From: Bilabrum cf. latius | Lineage: Eukaryota | Direction of reading: 5' to 3' | Length of the DNA: 64,000 nucleotides | NCBI GenBank assembly: GCA_965178125.1 | Contig: OZ237754.1 | Coordinates: forward strand, 558,001 to 622,000 | In this document: piece by piece, positions 39,358 through 52,655 of the stretch | Layout of the letters: each line of letters starts with the position of its first letter | Numbering within the stretch: the first letter of the stretch is position 1 | Made by a program: the position numbers and the translations under genes | The notes under the pieces: model-generated | The model's database searches: none | Told to the model about the DNA's origin: nothing | Seen by the model: only the letters and a program-made list of their open reading frames with translations

Positions 39358-40368
39358 TCAGGTGCCTCTATCGCCCCCTTCGGACACCGTGCTCTGCTGC
39401 TCGAGCAGACTCATGCTCACCCCGCTCGCTCCATCGTCGTCCTCAAGGGAGGCAGCCCGGGGCTCCTTCTACCCGCCATCCTGATGACCATCTTCGCTGG
39501 CGACTGATGCGTGATCCACCGCGTCGGCAGGCTCTTCCTCCGACGAGGACTGTGGCGTGGATCCACATTCGCCCTTGTCCGATACGACACAAGGCACCCC
39601 GTCTAGCCAGCTGGCGTCGCGCACAGCGCTATCTGCCAGCATGTAACCAACAATGAACAAAGGCTCGAGAGCGTTGCTGCCGAAGAACAGCGCCGAGCTG
39701 CCACCTGCAGCAAGGGCCGCTTGCCCAATAAACCCAACGAGGTGCGCGACGAACGCATACCAAGCTCCGGTGTGCCACCACACGCAGCCACATGCAGCAA
39801 CAGCGTAGGCTCCTGCTATACCGGGCAGGATTCCTCCTAGAGCAGTGAACTCCGGAGCGACAACGAGGCCTGCTGTCGCGAATCCGCTCTCGTCGGATCG
39901 CTTAATGGTGCCCAGGCCTGTCGTCCACGATAACAAACCGAGAGATGCAAGCGACCCTGCCAATACGTACGACCCGTACCAAACGATGCCACTAAGACAT
40001 GATGAATTGCTAGATTGACGCTTTGTCGTTGAGGCGCCTGCATCAGCAACGGACACTCCGACGCAGACAGTCATGGGGACCACCACCAGGTGTGCTAGCT
40101 CCAACAAATACGTCAGCCATATTGCCGAAGACGGCACCCCACTGCCACTTGCAGACCAGAATGCTCCAGCGAGTCGTCTAATGTTGTCAAGTGACGTTCC
40201 AATAGCAGTAAGCATGAGAAGATAGAGCGAGAAATACCGAGCCTGTCTCTTCCATCCTCGGGGCTATGTCTCTGTCTTTAGAACGCGCCAAACGCATATA
40301 ATGGCTAAAAATACCTCAAATACAGCAATAAGAGTGAAAAGTGCAGACCCTAAGCTTCGGGAAATCAT
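39358..40368 (-). CDS. Hypothetical multi-pass membrane protein (~336 aa, 2 in-frame TAG)
   Basis: ORF 39469-40215 extends through TAG 40264 to ATG 40368 and through TAG 39469 to TGA 39358; about 6 hydrophobic helices. Confidence 0.7.
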
Positions 40369-40416
40369 CTCAATGGCAAAGATCAGCGTGATGAGGCAGC
40401 GAGCCGCTCCGAGTTG

Positions 40417-43400
40417 TCACTGGCCGAACACCCTGGTGATCCTGCCAATCCCCCTGATGGCCCCGTCCCGAAGCAAAACCGGAGCACCTGGCGTGATAAA
40501 CTCGGCATGGTTCCTGAAGCTAAAGACTACCTCTCGCGTGTCGCCGCCACCCATGCTCGCCCGCCCCTCCCCTGCCAGTGCGAGCACCCACGGCACGGCA
40601 GCCCCACCCCGATTCCCTGAGAGTCGCCGTCTCCTCCTCGACTCCCGCCGGATCGCCCTGTCCTCCCGCTTCTTCTGCCTCATATCTATCGTTTCGGAGC
40701 CCTGGTCGGCCCCCGCTCTTATTGCTTCTTCAGTCCGGGCTGCTGGCCTGTGGCCTTCGGCTGATGCATCACCGGCCTCACCGGCATCGCCGGCACTCGA
40801 AACACCCGGGCCATCCGAAGAACCCGGCAGCGCAGGCGGCGGAACCTTCGCTTTGTCACTCGTCACATCACTGGCCACAATCTCATCCTGATCGGCCGCG
40901 CGGAACAATGACACGGCCTCCGCCTGCGCCGCCGCGCCTGCAGCCAGACCAGCCAGCTGGTCCCCATCCGAAGCACGCCTGGGAGCTCGCCTTCTTCCGC
41001 CTCGCCTGCCAGCAGCAAGACCCCCGTGCTACTAATACTCCTCCATTCCTTCTCCTGCCACGCCGAGTCGCTTGAAACCAGGACCGTCTCCCCGAAGGCG
41101 ACGGCCGCCATTTCCACTTTGCTGGCCCGCACCGACGCCTCTTGCACCTGACCCGGCCCCTGCCCCCGAGGCAGGCAGGATGGCGTCCACTCTCGCAGGC
41201 CTCCTGAGCGTCCTGACATTCAGCATCACCACCGCCCCCACCCTGAGTCGCGAGGGGTGCTGCAGCAAAAGGAGCTGCACGGAGAAAGTCCTCGAAGCGG
41301 AGGGCCGCAGCCACGGCGACACTAGCACCATCCCTCGCCTAAAGGCAGTCTTCGGCAGCGGCTTTGCTCCATCGAACTCGGAAGCGGCACGGGTCGCCTC
41401 ATCAGGGATCTCGCCGGGCCCGGACCGCGCGGGCTCGCCCTCACTTGGGACAACAACCGAATCATTCCCGCCCTGGCTAGCACCGCTAGCAGCCCCTTTC
41501 GCAGCATCGTCCGCAGTGCTCCCCTTATTCGGTCCTTCTGAGGCAGCGGGACCAGCTGCTGTCGCAGCACCTCTCCCCGCAGCCGTCCCACTAGTCACGA
41601 TCGCTGCTTCCGTACCAACCAGAGCCTTTGCACCCACGTCGTCATCCCGGATCAGGATTGTTCTCGACTTGGACAGGCCCCGGTAAATGGACGGCAGCTC
41701 TTCTTTCGTTGCCTTGACGAGCGCGAAAGAGGCAGATTGACCGGTCGTGACACGCCGCACGGGCAGCCTGAGCGATTGCACAGAGACGCACCGCACGGGC
41801 CGGAAGCAGCCCAGCCCATCTGGCCCAAGGAGTAGCACGTCTCCCGCGTGGACAGACCCGGCATGCAGCACTCCAGACACCACGAGCCCACCCGCCCTGG
41901 GCACGTAGAACACCTCGTGCAGAGAGCCCAGCGATGGTGCCCTGCGGATGCGGGTGGGGGGATTGGGCCTAGGCACGGAGGCCAAGAACGCGTACATGGC
42001 CCGTATGCCGCGCCCAGTCACGCAGCTCGTCAGCACAACGGGAACTACCCTCTCCTCGCCACCGAGCGCCAATGCTGCTGTTTCTGCTCCCTTGGTAGAG
42101 CTTCCCGCATCGCCGCCATCACCCGGTTGAACCTGCTGGCCGAGTCCATCCTTGGCATCATCGACAACGACCACGTGTCTGTGAGACCGGTGCTGCTGCA
42201 GCACGGCCTCAATCTCTCGCACACGCGCCCTGAGTGCCTTAGGCTCGGCCGCCTCCCCGTCGACCTTGTTGAGCACCACAAAGGGCAGCAATCGGAGAGC
42301 GATGGCAATGCCGAGGTACTCTTTCGCTACCCTGGTGAGCCCCTTGGATGCGTCGATCACCAGCATGCAGTATGATGGGTCGTGGCCCAGGAGCCCCATG
42401 GTTGTCGTCTTGGCGTAGCGCTCCGCACCGGCCGTGTCGAGAAACAGGATGGCCCGCTTCGACTGCTTGATGATCTCTTTCCAGGAAAGAGGCACTCCGT
42501 CGAGCGTCTCCACGCTGCCGCTCACGATGGGAGCCAGCTTGTCGCGGCCGTAGCCACCTGGAGGTGCCGCGTGCAGCGCCCTTCCATCGCCTTGGACACC
42601 ACCACCGCCACCTCCACCAGAGTCGCTATCACCGCCCATCATGTCGCCAAAACCGCCATCATCACCGCCCGAACCAGCACTGTCATCGCCAAGCAGATCA
42701 CCAAACCCGCCATCGTCGTCTTCGCCATCTTCGCTCCCCCCACCCACTGCCATCCCACCTGCTCCTGCATTCGTCTCCCCCTGTGCAGCTCCATCGCCGT
42801 CACTCCCCCCCGCTGCAGCCTTGCCATCCACGGGAGGCGCAGCCGTGTACCCAAACAGCTGCGTCGAGACGCTGCTGGTCCGGCCCTGCTCAAACTCGTG
42901 CCCGTGACGAAAGACCTCCAACCGCTTCAGACCGTCCCCGTCATCCAGCCCGCCCTGCGTCAGCACCGCGATCAGGGTCGATTTCCCGCAGCCCTCCTCG
43001 CCCACCACCGCCACCCGCAGCTCCTCCACCTCATCCCTGCTCTCAACCTCCTCCCGCAGCCTCACACCGACCTCGCACGCGTAGAGCGAAGCCTTGGATC
43101 CCGTGCTGCTGCCGCGGCCTGGCTGCGGGGGAGCAGCCGTGGCCGCGCTGGGATCCGCAGCTCCGGCAGCAGCGCCGCTGCTGTGCTGGCGCCTTCCCTT
43201 GCGCTTCCGTCGCCTCACACCGACTCCAAGAAACACCTTGTGGACGAAAATGTCGGCGTTATTCTCTTGTGCGATGCTGTCCAGAACAGCAAGCGACGTC
43301 CGCATCAGCGGCTCTTTGACCCCGCGAGGGTGACCCCCATCCTCGTACCCGACCTGGTACGTGGCCCGCCCGTCCCCTTCTTCGAGCCTCCAGCGCATCT

Positions 43401-45798
43401 GAGTGACCAGCTGCATGTACCGCTCCCGTGTGCTAGGAGCGAGCTTCAGCTTGTACTCCGTCCCGCCCTCCTCCACCTCGCTAGCCAGCGGAGTGGCCAC
43501 CGCAAGAGCCTTTGCAACGAGGTCCGTGGCGCCAAGTCCCTTGCTCGTGTCAAACTTCTGCCAGTAGGCTGGTACACGATCCACAACGGAGCGAGGGTAG
43601 TACCTGCCTGCCGCTTTGGGCCTGCCTCGGCCAGAAGGCAGCTTCATTGATTGCGCCATTGCATCGTCCGGGTCGTTCACGTGGTCAATCTCGTCGTCTC
43701 TCTCGCCCTCCCGCTTCTTCTTATTCTTTCGCTTGCCCTGCCTCCCCCCTTTCTTCACCTTACCGCCCTTCGCGCCCCTGTCTTTCTGCTGCCTCGCCTT
43801 CCTCGCCTCTCTGCGTTCCTGCTGAAGCTGCTCACGAAGGCCTGCATCTCCTGGAGGACCACCAGAGCGACCGCCACTGCTCCCTGCCATGCCCTCGCCT
43901 GCCATGCCGGGCAAGCTAGCGTCTGCAGATGCACTGGCTCCAACGAATCGGGTGTAACGCGGCCCAGAGCCCTCGGCGTCGTCGGCAACAGGCCCGGTTG
44001 CTGAGGTGCTGTCGCGCCCGCCTGTTCCACCTCTCGATGCAGTGGATGGTTCCGCTTCCGGAGCCTTAGTACCCGCAGGATGATTAGCACCACTGGCAGC
44101 AGCTGTGCCTGTGCCCTGAGACAGCTGCCCGGGCTCTTCCGTCACCTCTGTGATCGTGCTGTCTGCCGCATCCCTGCCGGATACGCTCGTGGCGCTCATC
44201 CCCGTGGTCTGCCTTGCAACACTCCCTGGTGCTAAAGAGGGGCCGCTTCCCGAAGTGGACCGACCCACGCTAGAACCGCCGGATGAAGTGCCCCTTGCCA
44301 TGCCAGACGCACCAAGTGCGATCCTCCGGCCGCTCTTGCTCCTCGTGCCGTCAGCGGCATCATCCTCGTCCTCTTCCTCTCTGATTATAGGCGTCAGCAC
44401 GGAACCACCACCGCCTAGTCCAGTCTATACGTTTGAGATGCTGCTGGGCGCCATGCCGTAGCTGCTGTGCCCGCCGAATGCCGTACCATTCGAGTCCTCG
44501 CCCTCGCCCACGGGAGTACCAAAGGCAGTTTGCGCAGCGAGTCGGTGTGCTTCCGTGGACGATGGAGACCCGCTACTGGTGCCCTCCCCCAGCTCTGGCG
44601 GATCAGTACTATCGGTGACCTACCCCATTTCGCCAGACACTGGGGGGCTGCCGCTCGCTGACGCGCTCCCCTGACCAGACCCGGGTCGATTGCTCAGCAC
44701 TCCAGAATCAGGGCTGCCCCGGTCGCTGCCTACCCAGTCGCCCCCCCCCATCCCCGATGGACTACCCCTTCCGCTATCCCTTGCCCACCGCCCGCTGGCT
44801 GCCCCGGCAGATCGCACCGACCCCGAGCCCGACCCTGCGCCTCCGCCGGCACCAAGCCCGCGCATGTGCTTTGGTAGCGCTCCAGCCCCAGCCCCGCTAC
44901 CGCCCATGCTATCGCTGTCTAGGCCAGCCGGAGGCCTCCAGCCCACGGCCTGGTCCTGATCAACTTCTCCGGTTGCGCTCCCGTCCAAGTCGTCGCCCAA
45001 AGCGAGTCCCACTGGCACGCTTCCGCTGCCAGTGGTACCCAGCCCCGCACCCCCCCCGAATCGAGGGTGAGGGCCGGGGAGGGCAGGGCTGCCGATCGTG
45101 AAGCCGTTGCCGGCATCACTGGCTCCCACTCCCCCCCTACCACCCGAGTAATATCCAGCAGGAGAACCAAAGGGCCCCCACATGCCGCTCGCACCGCCCG
45201 CGCTGCTGTACCCGGACTGGCTGTCGCCATCCGTGCTCGACCAATCGTCCGATCCGGCGCCGCCGTCGTGCCTTATGTCCTCCTCATCGGCAGAATCCCC
45301 GGTCTCATTCAAAGGTGGCTCATCAGCAAAGACTCCTAGGCCGTCTGTTTTGCTTGCCGTGCCTGGCGCGTCGTTCGTGGTCGCACTATTGTGCAAATTC
45401 AAAAGCATGGCAGCGGCGCCATCAGTTAGGGACGCATCTCGCAGCATAGAAGGTGGCAAATTTAAGGATCCCACGCCAATACCCCCTCTACCGCGGACGC
45501 CAGCCGCAGCTGCAGCGCCTAGGCTTTGAGGCCCGCCGATCCCAAGAGATTCCAGAGTGTCGCTGCTACGATTTCGCCTACCTCGAACGCGCTCATGTCG
45601 TCCATACCGACCGTCTAGTATGTGCTATCTCTCATGTGGGCGCCCTCTGTGCCTGTCTAGGAGTCTCGACGAGGCTGTTGGGGCCTCCAGTACGGAATGC
45701 CCCACCCCAACTGCCTGGGTCAAGTCGCTCAGCGAGGAGGCCCGCTCACGCAAGAATACGAAGTCCCCTCCCTCCGTGCCCTAATTTGAGCCAGACAT
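40417..45798 (-). CDS. GTPBP1/GTPBP2-family translational GTPase with large low-complexity insertions (~1793 aa, 6 in-frame TAG)
   Basis: EVEEGGTEYKLKL..QLVTQMRWRLEEGDG, GEEGCGKSTL, FRHGHEFEQGRTSS, DTAG, NKVD, SCVTG, beta-barrel domains, C-terminal FRNHAEFITPG..LLRDG..GIGRIT; ends TGA. Confidence 0.9.
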
Positions 45799-46124
45799 TA
45801 GACGAAAATTCACGAATAAGATAAACTTATCGTGCTAAGGCCGAGAAAAGTTGCTTGATACTCGTGTGATATACCCGCCAATGTTGCGAGCGTTTATGTT
45901 CAGGCTGCGCCCCCGGCCCGACCCCGCCCGCTACGGGCCTGCACTAATGTAGGCGCGCGGCGCTACCGGCCACGAACCATCTGGTGCCACGCTGGCCTGG
46001 ACAATGAGCCAGAAATTGGGCAGGCAGAAGCGCGACCGGACGGCAAGGTGCCGTCTTCGTGGTCATACGCAGGCTGGCGTGCGCATGCGCCAACAGGTAT
46101 GGCCAGAGGGGTACCCGTGCGGGG

Positions 46125-46211
46125 TATCTCGAGTCACAGGGCAAGTACGACGAAGCTGTGGAGCTGCACGAGCAGTACAGGCAAATCCAAGAGACGCGAT
46201 CGAGCACATAA
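46125..46211 (+). pseudogene. Orphan partial TPR unit related to the Clu-TPR array
   Basis: YLESQGKYDEAVELHEQYRQIQET vs array unit CLQSQGKYAEALKLHEQCRQIREI; followed by TAA; no supporting flanking ORF. Confidence 0.65.
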
Positions 46212-46720
46212 GGAATCTCACCTGCCACAGGTCCAGTGGATCCACTGGTCTGAATGCGGCATGCTCTAACGCAACGAAGGGACCCGTTGTCGCTCCCCCC
46301 CCCGACTCCCGCGATAGTTCGCCCTAGTGTCCTTCTTGGCTGCTCTCCGCGCCATCGCATCATCTCAGCCTCCACGCACAGGTCCTGGCCGCTCTGCCAT
46401 GCGTCCCTATACGTGCTCACCCCCGCGCGGCGGCCAAGGACCAGGCAGCTGGTCCTCTTCCACTAGCACGTGCCGCCACAGGATAGGTGGCCTATAGTCG
46501 GCGTTAGTTTTGTGCGGTTAGTATCTTTGCAATAAACTTCACAACTTTGATGAAATTGGCTGCTTGCGGAAGGAACCGGAGCAGAATACTCGAAGCAGCG
46601 CGTGGATCGGGTAGCGTGCCCTCTACCAGTACTCATCGCGCGCCCCGGGCTCTAAATGATTTAATGAGTACCAAATAATAGCTGGATACTGTTGCGGATC
46701 CCTATTGTGGAAGCATAATT

Positions 46721-49700
46721 ATGGTAGACTCCGGAGTTGCACTTCGGGAAGAACCCAGGCAGGTTACACTTAGCGAGATTCTGCCGGTACTTCGCAGCAA
46801 GCATGCGGCCGTAAAGTTAGCTGGGCTTCCCCATGTCCTGAGAATGGTGCACAGGTCGCCATCATCCTCGCCCGACCGGTAGCAAGTCTTAAATGCAGTC
46901 GGAAGGCCATTTTTGTTCTCCTTACTTCATCGATCTCGCGGCGAATAGCTTGCCTCAGCACTTACGACTGCAAGAAGTATAGTCTTGCAGCTGTGCTAGG
47001 AGCTTGCGCAAGACCCTGTGTGCTCTCGAAAGCTTCGCGGGGCTGTGCCATTGCTTCTTTCGAGCATTCGAAAAGCCACCGACCCAAGGGATATTTCAGC
47101 AGCAGCGCGGTGCTTTGGAAATATTATCTAGAGTGTTAGTACATTGTCAGGATTGGGGGGGCATCGCACAGTATGGTCGATCTGCGAAGCTATCTGCCGC
47201 CTTGCAAGCCAAAGATGGGACACTGCACCAGGCACCATTTCGAGCAGCAGCAGCACCGACACTAGCCAGGAAGCTATGCTTTGGTGCATGGAAGCACTCC
47301 GTACGTGCTTTCTGGCCGAGTCGCAAGGTAGGTTGCGAGCAGTCGATGCCGGAAAGGAGGTTGGTGCAAGCATGGCAGCTGCTGCCGTGTCGCATGGCGG
47401 TATGGAGACTCTGTCGGCGTTCTTGAGCCATCCCAACGGATCCATTGCTATTGCAGCAGCGTCTTCCATTGATGCTGCCATGGCTGCCATGATGGTAGCG
47501 CACCAGTCGAGCGAGAATGCACCGGGGAGCACCTGGCCGGCATGGGCGAGCGAGCAAGGTGCGAAGCAGCTGCCCGGCGCTCCCAAGACCGGGCGCAACG
47601 AACCGCACCACATTCATCCTGCACCTGCTTTCCTCGGCGCTATTTCTGCACTGTATGAAACCAAAAGTGTGGTAGGAAAATTGGACGAGGGTGAAGAAGA
47701 GACCGGGCGCAGTTCAGGCCAAGCTGAGTATGCTCGGCCCCTGCCCCGAGCCGAGAGCGAGGTGGCCGGTGCCATCCGCAAGTCGGCTGGAGCAGGTAAA
47801 TTTGATATGCCTGGTTCGTCAGACTCCAATCCTGTCTCAGAGAACGCGGAGTAGGAAGAGAAAGCCGGCGACAGAGACGACGGTTCTGCGGTGGCCGGGC
47901 CGGCTTGGTCGTTGGCAGACTTGCAGTGCTCGCCAGAGCAACTGCTTAGTCCTACCGGCGTACTCGTCCCCAGATGGCTGCACGCCCTCAGGCAGGGTCT
48001 GTTGGCCGGGCTGGTGGTTGCAACCGATAGGCAGCACATCCAGTGGCTCCTGCGAGTGTCGTTTTCTGCGATGACCTGCTTTGGCCAGGCGTGGATGACG
48101 GGCCCTGCAATGGGTGGTGAAGACGATGGCGCCTCGGGCGTTGGAAGCGCCCTCGATGGGGATCCTAGACACACGGATGGAAGTGGGTACAAGAGTAATG
48201 GGCGGGATGCCAAAGGATCTAAGGGTGGATCAAGGGCCAGTGCCGCACATGCAAGAACCGCTAGTAGTGGTGAGGCGGACAAGCCGTCCAAGCAGTCTGG
48301 TGACACGGCATCCAATGGTCCAAGCCGGGGCGCTCTTGTGGTGATGCTGGCTCGAATAGCTGCAACAGAGGCTGTGACGTGCATCGATAGCCTTCAGCAA
48401 AGCCTCGTGGATAAAGACTCTGTCGGGGCCGTGGTGCCTTCAACCGCGTCACCTGCTTCAGCTGCGCAAACGCAGAGCGAACCATCGCACTCGCCACATA
48501 CAAGCAAGACAGCACCTAGTGACGAGCCAATGCAAGCCAGCGTTACCCATGATAGTATGCATTCGGCCTCCGAACGTCTTGCAGACCCCGAGGCGCCCAC
48601 AGAAGCTGCCGGCGAAGACGTGCATGGCGGTGACGCTGATGACGATGACGGCGACATACCCCCACCCCTGGAGCCTGCATCAACTCCAATTCAACCGTCG
48701 CCGCAGCAGAGCTCCAGCCCTACTCGAAGCGACTCTGCTGCAGCTGCAGAGCCAGCCTCTCCTGGCACCGCGGACTCAAAGCTTGGGGACGCCCAGTCCT
48801 CCAAGCACCCCCTTTCCAAAACAGAGCCCGACACTGCAATCGCCGCGCTGACGAGACAGCAACGCGCCTACAAAGCTAGGACCGAGATAAGTTGGGCTTG
48901 CCGGGGGCTCGATCTGGCCCTTGCAGTGGTGGGGCATCTCCTGCACTCGCTGCGTGCTGGATTTCGTGAGCAGGGTGACGATGGTGACGAGCTTGTTGGC
49001 GATAGCATCTAGCAAGGATATGAAGGACATGGAACGTATGGACAGCGAATGCGGGCATCGCAACGCCTTGGTCTAGTGGTTTGGCCAACCGATGACTTCA
49101 ACAGTGCAAGCATCCCAACACAAAACAGCTCGCAAGCCGGCAAGCACTCTGCCGATTCAGCTGCTTAGGGCACAGATGTAGGCACAGGCAGCGGGAAAAG
49201 TGTCGACGCAGAGGATTAGACAGTGATGCTGGATGCCTTCGCTCTGCGTTCAGACCGGCTATCTGTAAGCTCTCTTCCCCCCGATGCGTTGCTCGGCATG
49301 AGGAAGGTCTTCTAGGAGACCACCGACCTCGTGTGCTCCTTCGTGCGTGACGTGGGCATGAGCCAGCTTGGCCCTCTCCTGCTCTCGCCGCTGTCTACTG
49401 CACACACGAAGGAGTTTCAGCGCGCGGTCGTTGACGCGTGTGCCGAGGTCGGTCTACGCCGTGGGGTGTCCACTGAGTCCCCCGGTGATGGCGCCGATCA
49501 GCAGCCTGTGGACCTATTCGCCACCCTGGGAGGCCGGGCAGCCGCAGCGTGCTCGCCAGTGATGATGTGCTTGCTATGGATTGCCACTGTGCTCGCCGAG
49601 GAGCCAGACTTGGGTGGTGACTGTCCCAAGTCACTGCGACCCGCGATGGCGGTTTTGGCGCGATGGGCACTCCCTGCAGTGGTGGTCACTGACTTGACAA

Positions 49701-51166
49701 AAGACTGCGAGCAGGAACTTGCTCGCTAGGCGACAATGTCTAGTGCATAGACTGGAGGCGGCGAGTCAAGGGTTTCGTTGGAAGCTGCAGCGAGTAGTTC
49801 AGATAGAGCTGAGAGACTGCTTCGCAGAATTCTCAGCTCTCACAGAAAGACGGGACGGGCTGGAGCTCGGCGTCCCGAGCTATTGCCTTGCCTGCTCCCA
49901 GTTGTGGTCGAGGCTGCGTGTGCCCCCGGTGAGAATGAGTAGGTGCCCCGCAGCATTCGGAGGGCAGGCGTGCTGGCTGCCACTGTGGACGCATGCAGCG
50001 CCGCAGCCTGGGCAGTTGTAGTGCAGCTGAGCGAGCTGCAAGCAGCCGTGTCAGCGGGCCAGTTTGATGGCCTGGAGTCCATGGTGCAGTCGCTTCTCTC
50101 CCGTTGTCTGTCCCTCGATCACGTGGCCCAATCGTGCACACCGCTAGCTCTTGCCACTATTGGCTGGGTGGACAGACCAAGCCCTGATGCCGTGAGGCAC
50201 GATCCCGAGCCAGGGCTTGCTCCATCGCGCGGTTCACCAAGCAAAACAGACAGCACTGATGCAGCGAGCGTCAGCGACGTCACGCTGCGCCAGGAAGGAA
50301 AGCTACAAGTTTCGCGAGTGCTCAGAGCTTTGGATGCCCTTGCGGCTTGCGCAGAGGTTTGCTCCAACGGTTCCCTTGACGCCGTGCTAGAGGCAGCCCG
50401 AGTGCTCGAAGGCAGGGCGAAGATTCTCACGGGCGGCAGCGGCTCATCGCACCCGGTTGGTGCGAGCCCTGGGGCAGCGCAGAGCTCCATATTGCAAGAA
50501 ATTGACAGCCGGGTGGCAGGGGCAAGACAGGGCGGGGATCCACAGGATGGGTTCTCCCTATAGCAGCAGTGGGCTCTCATCGCGTCGATCGCGCCACACG
50601 TGGCTGGACTGCCTGCGGCCGCTCATCCCAGGGCTACAACATAGTGGGATACGTATGTGCACGTTAGTGCAGTGCAGCTGCAGGCGCAGGAATTGCTGGG
50701 GGCGGCGGGTGCAGCCTCGGCGATTCTGCTCGCCTGCTTGCTGCGCTCCTTCGCTGGCCTTGCCGTCCCCATGCCTAGGAGGGTCGGGGCTGGAGGAGCT
50801 GCCGGTGACCCAGAACAACGAGGACACGAAAGCGGTATGGCCTCGCTTGAAAAGAGATCGGAGAAATGGGTGAGGGCGGTGCTAGGCTACGTGGCATCGC
50901 AGAGGGCGGAATCGACCCACACCACACCAGGTACGTCAGGGGATGCGGGCGGGGCTCTGGCGCAGACTGTCCTGGAACACACTGCCCCCGTGCTCCGGAC
51001 AACTCTGCGCGGGGTCGCAATGGAAGCAGGTGAGTCCTCCGAGCCGTCACTCGTAACCCTTGGTGAGCTGTGCAGCGCCGCGGGCAGGAACCTTCGCGAA
51101 CACCTGTCAAGGGCCGGCCATCCGTTGGAGCAAGTGCTCCGAGAGGTGCTCGATTCCGGGCGATGA
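46721..51166 (+). CDS. Neurochondrin-like ARM-fold protein with insertions (~1481 aa, 14 in-frame TAG)
   Basis: N-terminus TLSEILPVLRSKHAAVKLAGL..QVLNAVGRPFLFSLL resembles the neurochondrin start; five ORF pieces in one frame joined only by TAG; ends TGA. Confidence 0.7.
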
Positions 51167-51319
51167 TCGCGCCACCTGGGCAGTATGGCATAGAATACGT
51201 AAACCATAAATGGTGCTCATTTCTCCGCATTTGGTATTGACATTCAGGCAATCCGGGTAATTAAGGCAATAAGAATTCGACACATACCACTGTTTGCGGT
51301 CCAGGGAACCGTGCTCCAG

Positions 51320-52023
51320 TCACGAAATCGAGCAGCAAGGCTTCGTCTTTGCAGCCGATGTAGCGAATCTCTTCGAAGATTCTGACAGGTCGTCTGAAGC
51401 CGCAACCAAGTCGTCGAGCTTCTCCCCTCGTTTCAGCATGTCATCGATCGTCTGCGTGAGCACGCCCTTCGTCTCGTCCAGTTTGCTATGAATCTTGGAA
51501 ATTGTATCCACCTGAGTTGGGTCCTACCACTTCTCAATTGCCGTGCGAATCTCGGGCGTCTCGCATTGCAAGTCCTTCGAGCACGATGCCCACACAGCCG
51601 GCTTGTGCCGCTGCTCGAAAGCCTCAAGCATCTTCTTGTTTAACGCAGTGGCAACACGCAATGGGTACGTTTCATCATGAACAACTGTACATCGCAAGCC
51701 GTTGTCCAGGGCATAGTTTGTGCATCGGTACCCATTGTACTCAACCTGCGTTACTCCAGCCACCACTCGCTTCGATACGATCCTAACTCCAAACTTCACA
51801 GACTCTGCAGCGCTGCGATATTTAAGTTAGATTCAATGGCTGATTGGAGCTTGAGAGCTGCATTGCTGGTGTTCTACAACGAACGACATAGAATCTCCTG
51901 TTGTTGCACTTACCTACCACGTGTCAGAAAAGAGAATTCCGACAAATCAGTGACCATATCCAAGATAACTGGTTCAGAGGTATCCTCGTTCCAGCGGGTG
52001 ATGGCAATTGCGGTGATTTTCAT
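51320..52023 (-). CDS. YKT6: R-SNARE YKT6 (longin + SNARE + CCxx prenylation motif), 2 exons
   Basis: MKITAI..DLSEFSFLTRGS, YPLRVA, KW*DPTQVD, LDETK..RGEKLDDLV..S..LS..SK.F, CCSIS-TGA; intron 51813-51913 (GTAAGT..CTAAC..CGCAG). Confidence 0.95.
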
Positions 52024-52655
52024 TGCTAAATTCCGTCGTTTATGTGTCTAGCACATCTGCAATCTTGCGGAACCTGCGGGAACGGCGCCGCGCGAAACGC
52101 ACCGGGAAACTTCGGCAGAACGTGCGCAGAGAAACACGCCTGATCGTAGAGCACTTGGAGACAGAGCAGGCATCGTTAGGTGGCAGAGCGTGTGAGTAAA
52201 CTATGAGCGAGCAGGCGTCGATTATTTGGTGGCCTGCCAGTGGTCGAGATTCGCCTGCCATTGGCAGAACCAGTAGTAAGTGGTCACCAAGCGGCTCAAG
52301 CGCGTGCGCGATTGAAACTGCGGTGCTGGCTTCAGAGGCAATGCCAAAGGGGAGGAACATTGTGGCCCGTGTGCCTCTCCCTGTGAGCCAGATGGTTGCA
52401 CATCAGCCACACTGGTATCATGGTGCTAGTCTGGCCGCACGCCGACCCGCCCCCCGAGTACTAGTAAGGCATTTCACTGCATCCCCAATGCAGGTGAGAG
52501 TGAGCGCCCGCGTGCAACTTAGGACTGATCAACAACTTTGATTGTGCGGTCATAATACAAGGTAAGCGTTCCTAAGCAACGGCTATGGGTGCCAGTGGAT
52601 GAGCTGTGCATCGCAAACGATGTCGAGAGTCTATTTCCAACAGCAAGCACTGCGT

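Noticed and set aside
52203-52541. 112-aa ORF between YKT6 and roadblock
   Set aside because: No recognisable motif or splice support; left uncalled
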